Source: Neocallimastix sp. 'constans' (lineage: Eukaryota). Taken from it: 64,000 nt of DNA. Position numbers and translations under genes: made by a program. The number at the start of each line of letters is the position of its first letter. Position 1 is the stretch's first letter. The DNA is taken from contig JBODTK010000016.1 in NCBI GenBank assembly GCA_050613775.1, forward strand, positions 682,001-746,000. The letters are read 5' to 3'. The notes under the pieces are model-generated. The model was not told where the DNA came from, ran no database searches, and was given only the letters and a program-made list of their open reading frames with translations. Positions 15,643 to 34,746 of the stretch are shown here, piece after piece.

Positions 15643-15796
15643 AGTGGAATAGTGCATTTCGGATTTGCATGTGATTAGTAATAAGCCACATATATTTATG
15701 ATGGCCTATTATATATAAATTTTTTAATATAAATAAATAAATAAATAATAATTAAATAAATGTTTTATTTTATAATAATTTCATAATTTAATATTA
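15643..15796 (+). mobile_element. Diverged fragment of the left end of Mutator-like family B
   Basis: GTGCATTTCGGATTTGCATGTGA...ATAAGCCACAT...GATGGCCTATTATATATAAAT aligns by eye with 16815-16960. Confidence 0.65.
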
Positions 15797-15929
15797 AATA
15801 TACTATCTATCTATTGTTAAACAAACACTTTTATATTATTATATTAAATAAATAAATAACATATTTCAGATTACCAACATGTCTCAAACTACTATAGCTA
15901 AAAACCAATACTTTCACGAAATATACAGT

Positions 15930-16082
15930 TTTTATCCTGGTGGTTAGTACTCAGGATGAACATACATTCTCGATCGATCCCACAATTACCTCCTGAATTT
16001 ATATGGGACCATTTTCAACCTCTCATGGTGTTTTTCCCAATAATTGAAGTTGATGTTCTCTTGTCATTTCTATTTCTAGACT
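15930..16082 (+). repeat. Second, diverged copy of the 9505-9885 repeat head
   Basis: GGTGGTTAGTACTC...CTCGATCGATCCCACAATTACCTCCTGAATTTATATGGG...GTTTTTCCC. Confidence 0.55.
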
Positions 16083-16808
16083 ATATATATCGAACTTTTG
16101 GTTGTATATCACAATATAAATAATTTAATCTATAAGAAATTAGAATATATATATAATATATTGTAATATAAAGAACTATATATATTTTATATGAATTAAA
16201 GTATTATAATTATAATAATGCATATTGAAATAAATGATAAAGTACGCCTATAGGTTCAAGTTCTCTTGTTGGGAGAAGTTATATTAAGTATTTATTTAAT
16301 TATAAAATTTATTTATTTATTTAAAAATAATTATAAAATTCATTAATACATGTATTTATTTATTATCTCGAAAATATAAAATAATTATAATATAATTTTG
16401 GCATAAAACTGTGCTGCAAAGAATAATTATAAAGAATTATTCTTGTTTTTATATTTGAAATTCACAATAAACTATTTAATTAATTAATTAATTCTCTTAG
16501 AGTAACTATTAAGTATTTAAAGTATTTAATATAAAAGTATAAAATAATAATATAAAATATTAAAATAAAATATTCATAAAATAATAATAAAAATATAAAT
16601 TTATTATAATTAATAAAATATAAAATATTAATATAAAATAATAATTACTAAAAATAATTAAAAATATAATAAAATAAAATATTTAAAATGAAATAAAATA
16701 AAACTTGATTCATTTATAAATTATTTATATAACATAAAATTATGTTATAAATTTTATATTTACATTAATTTTATGTATTTTATAGAATTTATGTTGTTAC
16801 AAAAATTT

Positions 16809-17352
16809 GGGGAGAGCGCGTTTCGGAACCGCACGTGAATGATATAAGCCACATGTTTTTTGAGATGGCGTATTATATATAAATTTTTTTATATAAATAA
16901 ATAATTAAATAATAATTAAATAAATATTTTATTTTATAATAATTTCATAATTTAATATATATTTGATAATAAAAAATATAAAAAAATAAAAAAATAAAAA
17001 AATAAAAAAATAAAAAAAATAAAAAAATAAAAAAATAAAAAAAATAAAAATAAAAAAAACATAAAAAAAATAAAAATAAAAAAAACATAAAAAAAATAAA
17101 AAATAATTAAATAACTTTATAATTAGAAAATAGTATAAAAAAAAATATTATTAAATATTATTATTAAATAATTAAATGAATAAATTAATAAATAAATAAA
17201 AATTTTCAGAATATGGCGAATGTGCCATTTTATTTTAATGTTTAAGTATTATATTCATAAATAAAAATTTATAAAAAATAATATAAGCCACATTCCGATA
17301 TGAAAATTTATGTAAAAATATTTAAAGCCACATTCCGAAACGCACCACCCTC
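16809..17352 (+). mobile_element. Non-autonomous Mutator-like element, family B (544 bp)
   Basis: Imperfect TIRs GGGGAGAGCGCGTTTCGGAA and TTCCGAAACGCACCACCCTC. 9-bp TSD CAAAAATTT at 16800-16808 and 17353-17361. Internal AAGCCACAT repeats. Confidence 0.82.
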
Positions 17353-17412
17353 CAAAAATTTATCTTATATCACGTTATTTTTAGATCATTTTATAAATCC
17401 TATGATAATTAA

Positions 17413-17975
17413 GAGTGTGTGTCATTTCGCAAAATTTCATTTCGGAAAAGTTTCATTTCGCAAAATTTTTTGTGTCATTTCGCAAAAGTTCATTTCGCAA
17501 AAGTTTCATTTCGGAAAAATTTCATTTCGCAAAATTTTAATAAATAGATAAATAAATAATAAAATAAATAAATAAATAAATAATAAAAAAAAAATTATAA
17601 ATATAAAATAAAAAATATAAAATATAAAATAAAAAATATAAAATAAAAAAAAAATATAAAATATAAAATATAAAATAAAAAATAAAAAATAAAAAAAAAA
17701 AATAAAAAAAATATAAAATAAAAAATATAAAATAAAATAAAAAAAAAGATAAAATATAAAAAAAAAAAAAAATAAAAAAAAATAAAATATAAAATATAAA
17801 ATATAAAATATAAAATATAAAATATAAAATATAAAATATAAAATATAAAATATAAAATATAAAATATAAAATAAAAAATATAAAATAAAAAATATAAAAT
17901 AAAAAAAATAGATACCATCTAAAATCATCCTAACTTTGTGCTACTTTTAACTCCCTATTTTATGATGTCCTCATC

Positions 17976-18006
<31 letters not shown>

Positions 18007-18627
18007 GAATTATTTATAAATATTTCTTTTATTAAAAAAATTTATTAGTAATTTAAGATTTTTTTAAAATACTGCGCAAGGACTTAAAAGGTGTAAAATG
18101 ATCAATTAATTATTTATATATTATTTTTTAATCTTTATAATAATTATTTTTTAATTATTTTTAATTTTAATAGTTATATTTTAAATTATTATCCTTTACA
18201 TCTTTTAAATTATTAATACTTATTTTTTTTATATATATAAAATTCTTATATATATTTTAAAAAATTATAAAACGTTTAAAACATATGATAAAATATTTTA
18301 TTTTTTTAAAGCGTTAATTCTAATGAATATTTATTATTATATAATGTATATTTATTATGTATATGTCCATATATATATATTTTTTTTTAAAAATTTAATT
18401 TTAAAATTTATTTATTTATTATAGTTTCATTTATTTATTTTTATTTATTTAGTTATTTATTTAAATAATATATAATATTTATCTATTTTATTATTAATTT
18501 ATTTATTTATTAAAAATTTTGCGAAATGACACTTTTCCGAAATGAAATTTTTCGAAATGAAACTTTTTATGTAAATTTTCCAAAATGAAACTTTCCGAAA
18601 TGAAATTTTTCGAAATGCTCCTCCCCC
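17413..18627 (-). mobile_element. Mutator-like family A, copy 3
   Basis: GAGTGTGTGTCATTTCGC... to ...CGAAATGCTCCTCCCCC. Exact 9-bp TSD GATAATTAA at 17404-17412 and 18628-18636. Confidence 0.9.
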
Positions 18628-18646
18628 GATAATTAATCAAGTGATT

Positions 18647-18899
18647 AATTAATTTATTTTTATGTAATTATTAATAAAATAATTTATTAATAATTAAGGT
18701 TTTTATTTCCATTTCATATCATAAAATAAAATAAAATAATATATAATATTTAATAATTATATTAAATATACAAATATGTGTATTAAACATCACAAATATG
18801 TGTAGTAACATATTTGTTATATAAAAGATATAAAATGAAAATAAAAATTTTAATTATTAATAAATTATTTTTTTAATAATTACATAAAAATAAATTAAT
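18647..18899. repeat. Imperfect inverted repeat (~75-bp arms), MITE-like
   Basis: TTAATTTATTTTTATGTAATTATTAA...TTTCATATC is matched by GATATAAAATGAAAATAAAAA...TTAATAATTACATAAAAATAAATTAA. Confidence 0.65.
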
Positions 18900-19484
18900 A
18901 AGCATTATGATATAAAGCAAATATGTGTAGTAACATATTTGTATATTTAATATTAATTATTAAATATTAAATTTTTATCTTTTTGATAATAACTATTTTA
19001 TTTTATTTTATTTCAATATGTATTATTATAATTATAATAATTATAATACTTTGTTTCATATAAAATTTATATATTTTCTATATATTAGAATATATAATTA
19101 ATATATTACCTATTTCTTATAAATAGATTAGATTATTTATATTAGAAATAGAGGACTCTTGTAAATTTTAGGAATTAGAATTATAATTTTAATTGTACGA
19201 ATATTATAATATTATTAATAAATTTTACTAAACAACCATTATTTTAAAAGCCCACTGCTTATATATTATTGCACATAAAAGTCTCGCATATCAATTATAT
19301 TATCACTTGATTTGATATAAAACAAATATGTGTAGCAACATATTTGTATATTTAATAATAATTATTAAATATTAAATTTATATCTCTTTTGTCAATAATA
19401 ATATTTGAAATAATTTCTTATTCATATATTATTCAATATTTATATATATATTATTCATTATAATATATTAAATATATTAAATTA

Positions 19485-19580
19485 AATAGTTAAGTTATAT
19501 ATATAATAATATATATTTAGAAGAAATTAACTATTTAATTTCTTCTAAATATATATTATTATATATATAACTTAACTATT
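19485..19580. repeat. Perfect palindrome, 46-bp arms with a 4-nt loop
   Basis: 19485-19530 is the exact reverse complement of 19535-19580; loop CTAT. Confidence 0.9.
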
Positions 19581-20314
19581 CATATTTATTTTAAAGTTTA
19601 TATTAAAAATACATAAACTATTTCATTATATTATATATAATATATAGAAGTATTTAGTTATTTTAATTATAATTAAATATATAGTTGATATTATTTATTA
19701 TATTCATATTTATTATATAATTATATTCTTATATATTTAACTTTATTATTCTTATTTTCATTTTAAGAATTATATAGTTATATTTATTATATTTATTATT
19801 TAATATATATTTATTATATATTATACTATACTCCGATATAATATATTTTAAATGTATATTATTATTAAATTATTATAAAGATTTCTAATAACTACTCTTC
19901 TTTATGGTAGTTTAGAGAAGATCCTTGTTGGTTAATTGGGTTTATAAATTAAAATATATTAATAAAGGTTAATTAAATATAACGATACTATTATAAATTA
20001 TTGCACATAAAAGTCCCTCATATCATATTATTTATCATAATTGAATTTATTAGTAAAAAGATTTTATATTATAATTTTTAAATGAAAATTAATATTAACC
20101 GTAATTGATATTTTTTTATTCATTATACATTTTTTTCAAAAATATGTTTTTTTTTTTTTTTTTTTTCTAATAAAATATTTTTAATTATTTATTATTTTTA
20201 CTTTATATTATTTAAATATCTTTTAATATTTACTTTAAAATATTTTTTATTTAAATATAGATAAATATATTAAAATATCTAATTGGAGACTATTAATTAA
20301 TATTTCTTTGTATA

Positions 20315-27242
<6,928 letters not shown>

Positions 27243-30180
27243 CTTGGGATTTCATAATTTATAATATATATAATATATATAAACTAATTTTTTTTCTCTT
27301 TTTGTTACTTAATTAATTTTATGGTTATTTATTTTATATTCATAACTTCGAAAATTGAAATAATACTTTTTTTAATTTAATTTTTTATATATAAATTTAT
27401 AAATTTATATAAAAGTTCATGGTAAAAAAAATGAATTGAAAAAAAATTTATATGTGACATGTTTATATTATTTTAAATTATTTTAATGAAATGTTTTATT
27501 AGGATACAAAAATTTCTAAACCACTAGAAGGTACAGCTAAAGTTTTAATTAACTATATTAATTTATTAATTAACTTAAATTATTATATAAAATTGAGTAA
27601 TTAAATTATAATTAAATTGTATTCATTTTATTAAGATTTTTCCAATTTATATTATTTATAGTTAAATAGTAAACGTCTATATTGATTTATACTAAAAATA
27701 AAATGAAATAAATAAATAAAAAATAAACAATTTCTTATAATGGGTTATCTTTTATATAACTTAACCAAAAATGAATTATATGTGTATAATATAAATATTA
27801 ATTAAAGATTAAATTATTATATCTAAGTAATTTTTATACAAAGTTACTTATAATGTATGATTTTTTTTATTTAATAATTCTTAGCTAATATAGAATGTAC
27901 CAATGAATAAATTATTTTTCGAACCATGTAACATTTTTCCTATAAAAGGATCTATTGAATATTTATTATTAAAAAGTATATAATGATAAAAATAATAATA
28001 CTATATTTAATATACTTATATTTATTATATTTTATATTGTATTATTATATTAATTTTTTATTTTATAAATATTATTATAATTATTAAATAACATTAATTA
28101 TAATAATAATTAATAATGTAATAAAAGATTTTATCTTATATAAATATAATTAAATAATAATATACATTATACATATTATAATAGAACAATAGAATTAATT
28201 TTTTTAATGAAAATTTTACTTTTATTTATATATTCTAATTTTTGTTAATACAAATAACGTAATAATAATAGTAATAAATAAATAATATAATAAACAGAAA
28301 AGAAGTTGTTTTCTTCAAAATTTTTTTTTTTTTTAGGAATAATTTTAAAGCAAATCTATATATATAGTTTTCATGTTATAAGTAATAGTGATAGTAGAGG
28401 AGGTTAGCTTTTCATTTTGGGCTTGGAACAAATTCAAAAAATGAAAAATCTTTCAATTATTATTAGGAAATAATAGAAATCGCACCAGTGATAGATTATC
28501 AAATTTAGGTTTAATGAATAAAATAATAATCCATAAGGTTTATTATGATTTTAATGATATATATATTTAGTTGATAATAATAATTAAATTGTATAATATA
28601 GATATTTTTTTCTTCTTTTCTTTTCATTTTATTTTTTTTTTTTTTTTTTAATTTTACTATATTATCATATTTATATACTGATATTAATTTATTATATGAA
28701 AAATTTAAATATTCTAAACATGTAAAACATATATTTTAAAAATAATAAAGTTCTTTTAAATAACTTTTTAATTTATTTAATTATTTAGTAACATTTTAAA
28801 ATTTTTCACTCCTAGTGGTTTTACTTCATACTTGTAAAATTTAAATATTTGAATAAAATTAAAAAAGTTACATATAAATTTTATTTCATAAATACTTTAT
28901 TTTTTATTTGTTTATCATTAAAATACATTATTATTCATTTAATATATAAATAATTTAATAAAAGTAAATTTTTTTAAGCTGTATTTTCATTATTATTGAT
29001 AAATTCAAAAAAATATTTAATTATATTTTTTTTTTTAACTTTTGAAATTGTATTACTAAGTAAATAAACAAAATGTAATATAATTCACAACAACAACAAT
29101 ATAATAATATTAATTGTTATATGTATGTTTATAATTTGACCTATTTTTTATTAATATATACATTTGAAACAGATATAGTGTTTCAAAATTCAAATAATAA
29201 ATTAATAAATAAATAATTTTAAAAAAATTTTTTTTAATAAATAATGTAAAATTAAGGTTAAAGATTTTATTATTTTTAATATACATTTTAGTAGAAACAT
29301 CTGTTTAAATAATAAAAATGTATCATGTAAATAATCAAGATAATAGCTAATATTCATTACATATAATACTAATCTCACAAATAATTTATTTATTTATTTT
29401 TTATTTTTTTTTTTTTTTCCAAAATTATTATCTAGAATTATTATTTTTTAATGATGTTTTAATTGATGATTTTAAATAAAAACTCTTTATTCTTCTTATA
29501 AACTTGTATATTTAACATATATATTTAATAATAATAAGCTAACATTTTACTATATAAAAATATTCATAAAATGATGTTGATATAAAAGTTATTAATATAA
29601 TTATAGAGGTAAAAATAATAATAAAATAATTCTTTAGAAATATTTAATGATAAAGATACCTTTTAATTTATACATATGTATTTGTAAATTAAATTTTTAA
29701 AAATATTAAAATTTTTTAAACAATTATGAACTTTTAATTAAAAATTATTTTAACTATATCCTATAATTTTGTACGATATAATTCTATTTTTTTTTTTTTT
29801 TTTTCGATCTTTACTCTGTAATTTCTTAATTATTTATTACAAATCAGTATTTATATTATTTAAATTAAACATATAAACCATAATTTAATAATATTATTTC
29901 TTGGATTTCAATTATCAATTAATTTAAATTTTATAGTTTAATAATTTTCAATTAAAATATTTATTTCATCAGTTCTTCCTAATATTTTTAACTATTGAAC
30001 AAAATAATTTATTTAAAAAATTATATCTTCTAAACAAAATTATAATTAATTTAATTAATAATAATAATTATATAAAATTTATTTAAAAACTTTTATATAA
30101 ATTTGTAATATTTTATAATTTTTTAAATTTATAATTTATTTTTATGACTTTTTTATTTTTATTTCTATATTATATAATTT

Positions 30181-30264
<84 letters not shown>

Positions 30265-30419
30265 AATTTTAAATGAAAGAAAACTTAAATATCTAAACAA
30301 GAAAAGATTTATAAGTAATAATTCATTTGATTCAGATAAAGAAAATTTAACTTTTGGAAAAGAAAAAATAAAATCTTATAACAATAAAAAATATAAAATT
30401 TTAAATATTAAAACAAACA

Positions 30420-31735
30420 TCTCAACCACTTACCAGCAAACAATAAATTCATCAGAAGGTGAAGAACGGAAAATTGCAATAAATGATGAACTAACAAATA
30501 TGTACGACAATAATATAATGGAAGTGGTGGATAACACATCAAATGATACAAATATAATTGGCATAAAATGAGTCATTGCCGAAAAGGATAATAAGAAGAA
30601 AAAGACAAGACTAGTAGCTCTTAGGTGTTAACAAGTTGCAAGAAAGAATTTTCTAGAAACTTATTTTCCAACAGTTCAAGCAGGCAACCTAAGACTTACA
30701 GTTACATTGTATCAAAGCATGCTTGGGAATTAAAACAATTAAAAATAAAGGTTGCTTATCTGAATGTAAATTTCGAAGAAAATATTTAGGAAAAAATTCC
30801 TTATGGAGATATAAATTATAATAAGAATAAATTTTGATTATTTAAGAAAGCTCTTTATGGTTTAAAACAAGCTGTAAGAATGTGGAATAACGAAATATCA
30901 CGACATTTGGTAAGTATAGGATTTAGAAAATACAAAACTGATAAATGTCTCTTTGGAAAATATAAAATAAATCAAATTGATTTTATTAATAAAATAAATA
31001 AATGACAATTGTAAAATAAATTAAATTTATTATATTAATAAAATAAATAACAAATACGACATGAGAACACCATGTAGGAAAATTACAGAGTATGAAAGAA
31101 ATAATTCAAGCCTGATAAATGCAAAATAATGTAAATCTTTATTAGGCGCATAATAATGCTCCTAATAAAGATTTACATTCGTCATGAATTTGCGAAAATT
31201 CAACTGAAGATTACAAAAATTTAATGAATATTTTACAATATTTGAAAGGTACAAATGATAAATCTATATATTATAATAAACATAGCAAACTCATTGGATA
31301 TTCGGATTCAGATTTTACAAATGATGAAAAAACAAGAAGGTTTACAGGTGGATGCATATTTTTAATTGGAAACAGTCCAATTCCATGGAAATCTTTGTTA
31401 CAGAAAAATTTAAAAATGCCTATTTTTGAAGCTGAATTTGTGGTTCAAAAATCTATTTAAAGAAATTTTTGATCAAGAAATAAAATTCTTAATTATAATA
31501 GATAATAAAGCATGTATTACAATAGCTCAAGATACAAATTTAAAGGAAAGATGTAAGCATATAGATATAAGATATAAATTTATTCAATAAAATATTATGA
31601 AAATGAAATTGAAATAGAATACATTAATACAGAAATTATATTTGCTGATCTATATTCAGAAGTACAAATGTAGAAAAGAATAAATATATATTAATTGATT
31701 TTCTTAACAAAATATTAAAACTAACTGGAGAAAAA
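30420..31735 (+). pseudogene. Decayed Ty1/copia RT-RNaseH remnant
   Basis: Fragments AINDEL, KKTRLVA, KALYGLKQAVRMWN, LIGYSDSDF...RRFTGG and KHIDIRYKF, broken by stops and frameshifts. The YVDD motif was not found. Confidence 0.88.
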
Positions 31736-32764
31736 GAAATTATAAATATAACTTATTTAGATAAAGAAGAAGTGGGAACCAAAATAATTAAAACATTCAA
31801 GAGAAAGACGGAGGAAGAAAAATATTATAAAGAACAAAATATGGAGAAGATTATGATACTACTGGCTATGATAACCATACTACTAATAATAATAATATTT
31901 ATAGTATTTTACATTATATATATACAATATACAATATTGAATGAACTTTATCAATGTCTGAAATTATAAATAATACATTTGAAAATTTAATTGAAATCAA
32001 TAGTTTAATTGATGAAATTAAAGAAAATCTAAATGTTAAAAAAAAAAATAAAAAAAAAATATTGAATTTAAAAATTCTATGCTCAATATATTAAAACCTT
32101 ATTAGTGTTAAAAGCTAAAATAAAAGGAGAGAAAATAATAATAAGAAAAATTCAAATAAATGAAGAGCCTAAAATGATTAAAAGACCACTTTTCTATTCT
32201 TTAGAAGCAATTTATTGTTCATTGCCTTATGGTTATTCATACCGTTCGAAGCCAAAAGTAATCATGATAAATAATTTAAATTCTAATATATTTAAAAGTT
32301 TTTAATCCATTATAAAAAAATTAATTGTTATATTAATATAAAACATGTATTTTTATCTATATAAATAATTATACTGATATATAGTATTTATTTTATAATA
32401 TTATTATCTTTATAAATAATTAGTATTTTTTCTATGTCCTTTATCTATTCTTTCTTATTAATACATAATACATGAAATTAGAATTTTATTAACAGAATAA
32501 TACTTTAAATTTCTAAATACAATAATAAAAATAAATGTTCACATACAAAATATATAAAAATGATTTAATTATTACAATAGAAATTAATGAAAATTTAAGG
32601 AATTATTTATATTCTTTATCTATTATTCTTTAGTATTGTAATTCCTTTAATTATTTTTGTACTCATTTATTTATTTATTTATTAAAACCCTTTATATATA
32701 AAAACAAATTTAAAAATAAATTTGCATTGTATTTATATTTCATGTTATAAATAAAATAATAATA

Positions 32765-32807
<43 letters not shown>

Positions 32808-33040
32808 AGTTACTTATATATTGTTATTATTTTTTTGCATTTATTAATATTTTAATTAAATAATTAATTTAACAACAAATTTTTTCAATCCGCGGTTACG
32901 AATGACTGATAAATTATTTCATTAAATATACTTTTTAGTATTATTATTTTTTTTTTTTTTTTTGACATAGATCTATATTTCTATGCTTAAAATTTTTTGT
33001 TTTTATTAATAAATAATTTATTTATAGTAATAAAATTAAT

Positions 33041-33660
33041 TTAGAATGAACCACCAATTTGTTCACTTGCAGCAGTGATAATATCTTCATTTTCCATATC
33101 CAACTATAAGAAAAATACGTATATATATAAAGTAATTAAAATATATAAAAGTGATATTATAATTATTAATAAAAATTATTAGATCCTATCAACTGATTTT
33201 AAAATATTTAGTAAATTAAATTTTATGTTTATAGATTACATCTTGTGGAGTATTAGAACCAATTAATCTTTGACCATCGAATAAGAATCTAACGGAATTT
33301 CTTTCCTTTTTAATAATTAATTTTTTTTAAAAAAAAAAAAAAAAATTAATTTAATAATTATTATTATTTATAATCAATCAATAAATAAAATTAATCATAG
33401 ATAATTGAATTCATTTATTATTATTTAATTAAAAATAGTACAAAAAAATATAAATTATATTTTCGTCTATATTTGTGTATTAAACTTACAAAACCCATTT
33501 TTTCAATGTAGGCATCCATTAATTTTTGGAGTGGGGTGGTTCTCTTAATCTTAAAGGCTATTAATAAAGAATTTTATATTAATTTTTATTTATTATTTAA
33601 TATTTTATTATTTCAAAAATAATCATTTTTGTTATATATATATATTTCTATTATCAGAAT

Positions 33661-33700
<40 letters not shown>

Positions 33701-33806
33701 CATTTTATTTATTTTATGAATTTTTACCAATTTCGTTCTTATCAGAACCAATAACCTTTAAATTAATGTGTTCAGAAGTTTGTTCTTTTTTTGGAGCACC
33801 ATCCAT
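33041..33806 (-). CDS. SMT3: SUMO (Smt3) precursor, 91 aa, 4 exons (~33806-33728, 33557-33490, 33305-33240, 33103-33041)
   Basis: Manual splicing gives MDGAPKKEQTSEHINLKVIGSDKNEIAFKIKRTTPLQKLMDAYIEKMGFERNSVRFLFDGQRLIGSNTPQDLDMENEDIITAASEQIGGSF*. HINLKV, FKIK.TT.L.KLM.AY, RFLFDG and the QIGG diglycine are SUMO hallmarks. All introns are GT..AG. Confidence 0.95.
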
Positions 33807-34746
33807 TTTTATTAAATGATATTAAAATATAGTGAATAATAAAATTAAGTACCTTTTTATAAATTCTTTTCTTTTTTTTCTTTTTTTCTATTTTTTTATT
33901 TTTATTTCCATAATATATTATATTTATTAAAATAATTAAATCGGCCAATAAGACTTTAATAAAATTTTTATTTTATCTGATATTGTACAATATAAAATAC
34001 ATGAATGTAGTATAACATTTTATTTTGTAGGATTCTTTAATGTACATTAATAATGTAATGTACATTAAATTTTTTTTTAATTTTTCAATCTAAATATTAA
34101 ATATAAAAACATTTCTATATTTAGTTAATAATAAATCATTTCCATTATAAATTAATTATATATAATTTACAAAAAATATGAAATTTTATTAATAATTAAA
34201 GTTTATAATTTAAATGTCTGAAAGTTTATTTTATAATAAAAATCAACCAATGAACAACGAACAACAAATTTAATAAGATGTTATATTAAAATATATTAAA
34301 ATGGAAAGAATCGAAAGTTGTTTTTTTTATTTAATAAATTAATAAATTATTAAAAAATGTTATTTATTAAAATTATTATTTTTTTTTTTAAAAAAAATAT
34401 ATATAGTTTTTATTAATAAAATTTAATTGTATACTTCTTTTTAATAAATAACTATATTAAAAAGAGAAGATATAAAAAGTAAAATAAAGAACATTAAATA
34501 ATTTTGTCCTTAAAGTGGAATTAAAAAAAAAAATAATAATATTAATAAATTATTTTTTTTAAAAAAAGTTATTATAGTGTAGTTAATTTAAAAGAAATTA
34601 TAAATATATTAAATAAAAAAATCATATAAATTTAATATTTAAAAAAATAATAATAGAAATACTTCAAAATAAAATAGCAAAAAAAAAGAAATAAAATAAA
34701 ATAAAAAAAATATAAAAAGTAAAAGAATATATAAATACATATAAAA

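Noticed and set aside
15938..15960. 5S rRNA or intact tRNA similarity (GGTTAGTACT)
   Set aside because: Only about 10-13 nt match; no full 5S or cloverleaf structure could be built.
17413..17540. CRISPR-like short repeat array
   Set aside because: No unique spacers, eukaryotic context and no cas genes; these are subterminal transposon repeats.
17300..17928. ORFs of 83-140 aa rich in F/I/Y
   Set aside because: Translations of Mutator-like element ends and the (ATATAAA)n array.
31772..32305. Two short ORFs after the decayed copia
   Set aside because: Non-ATG starts and no recognisable motif; possibly TE debris.
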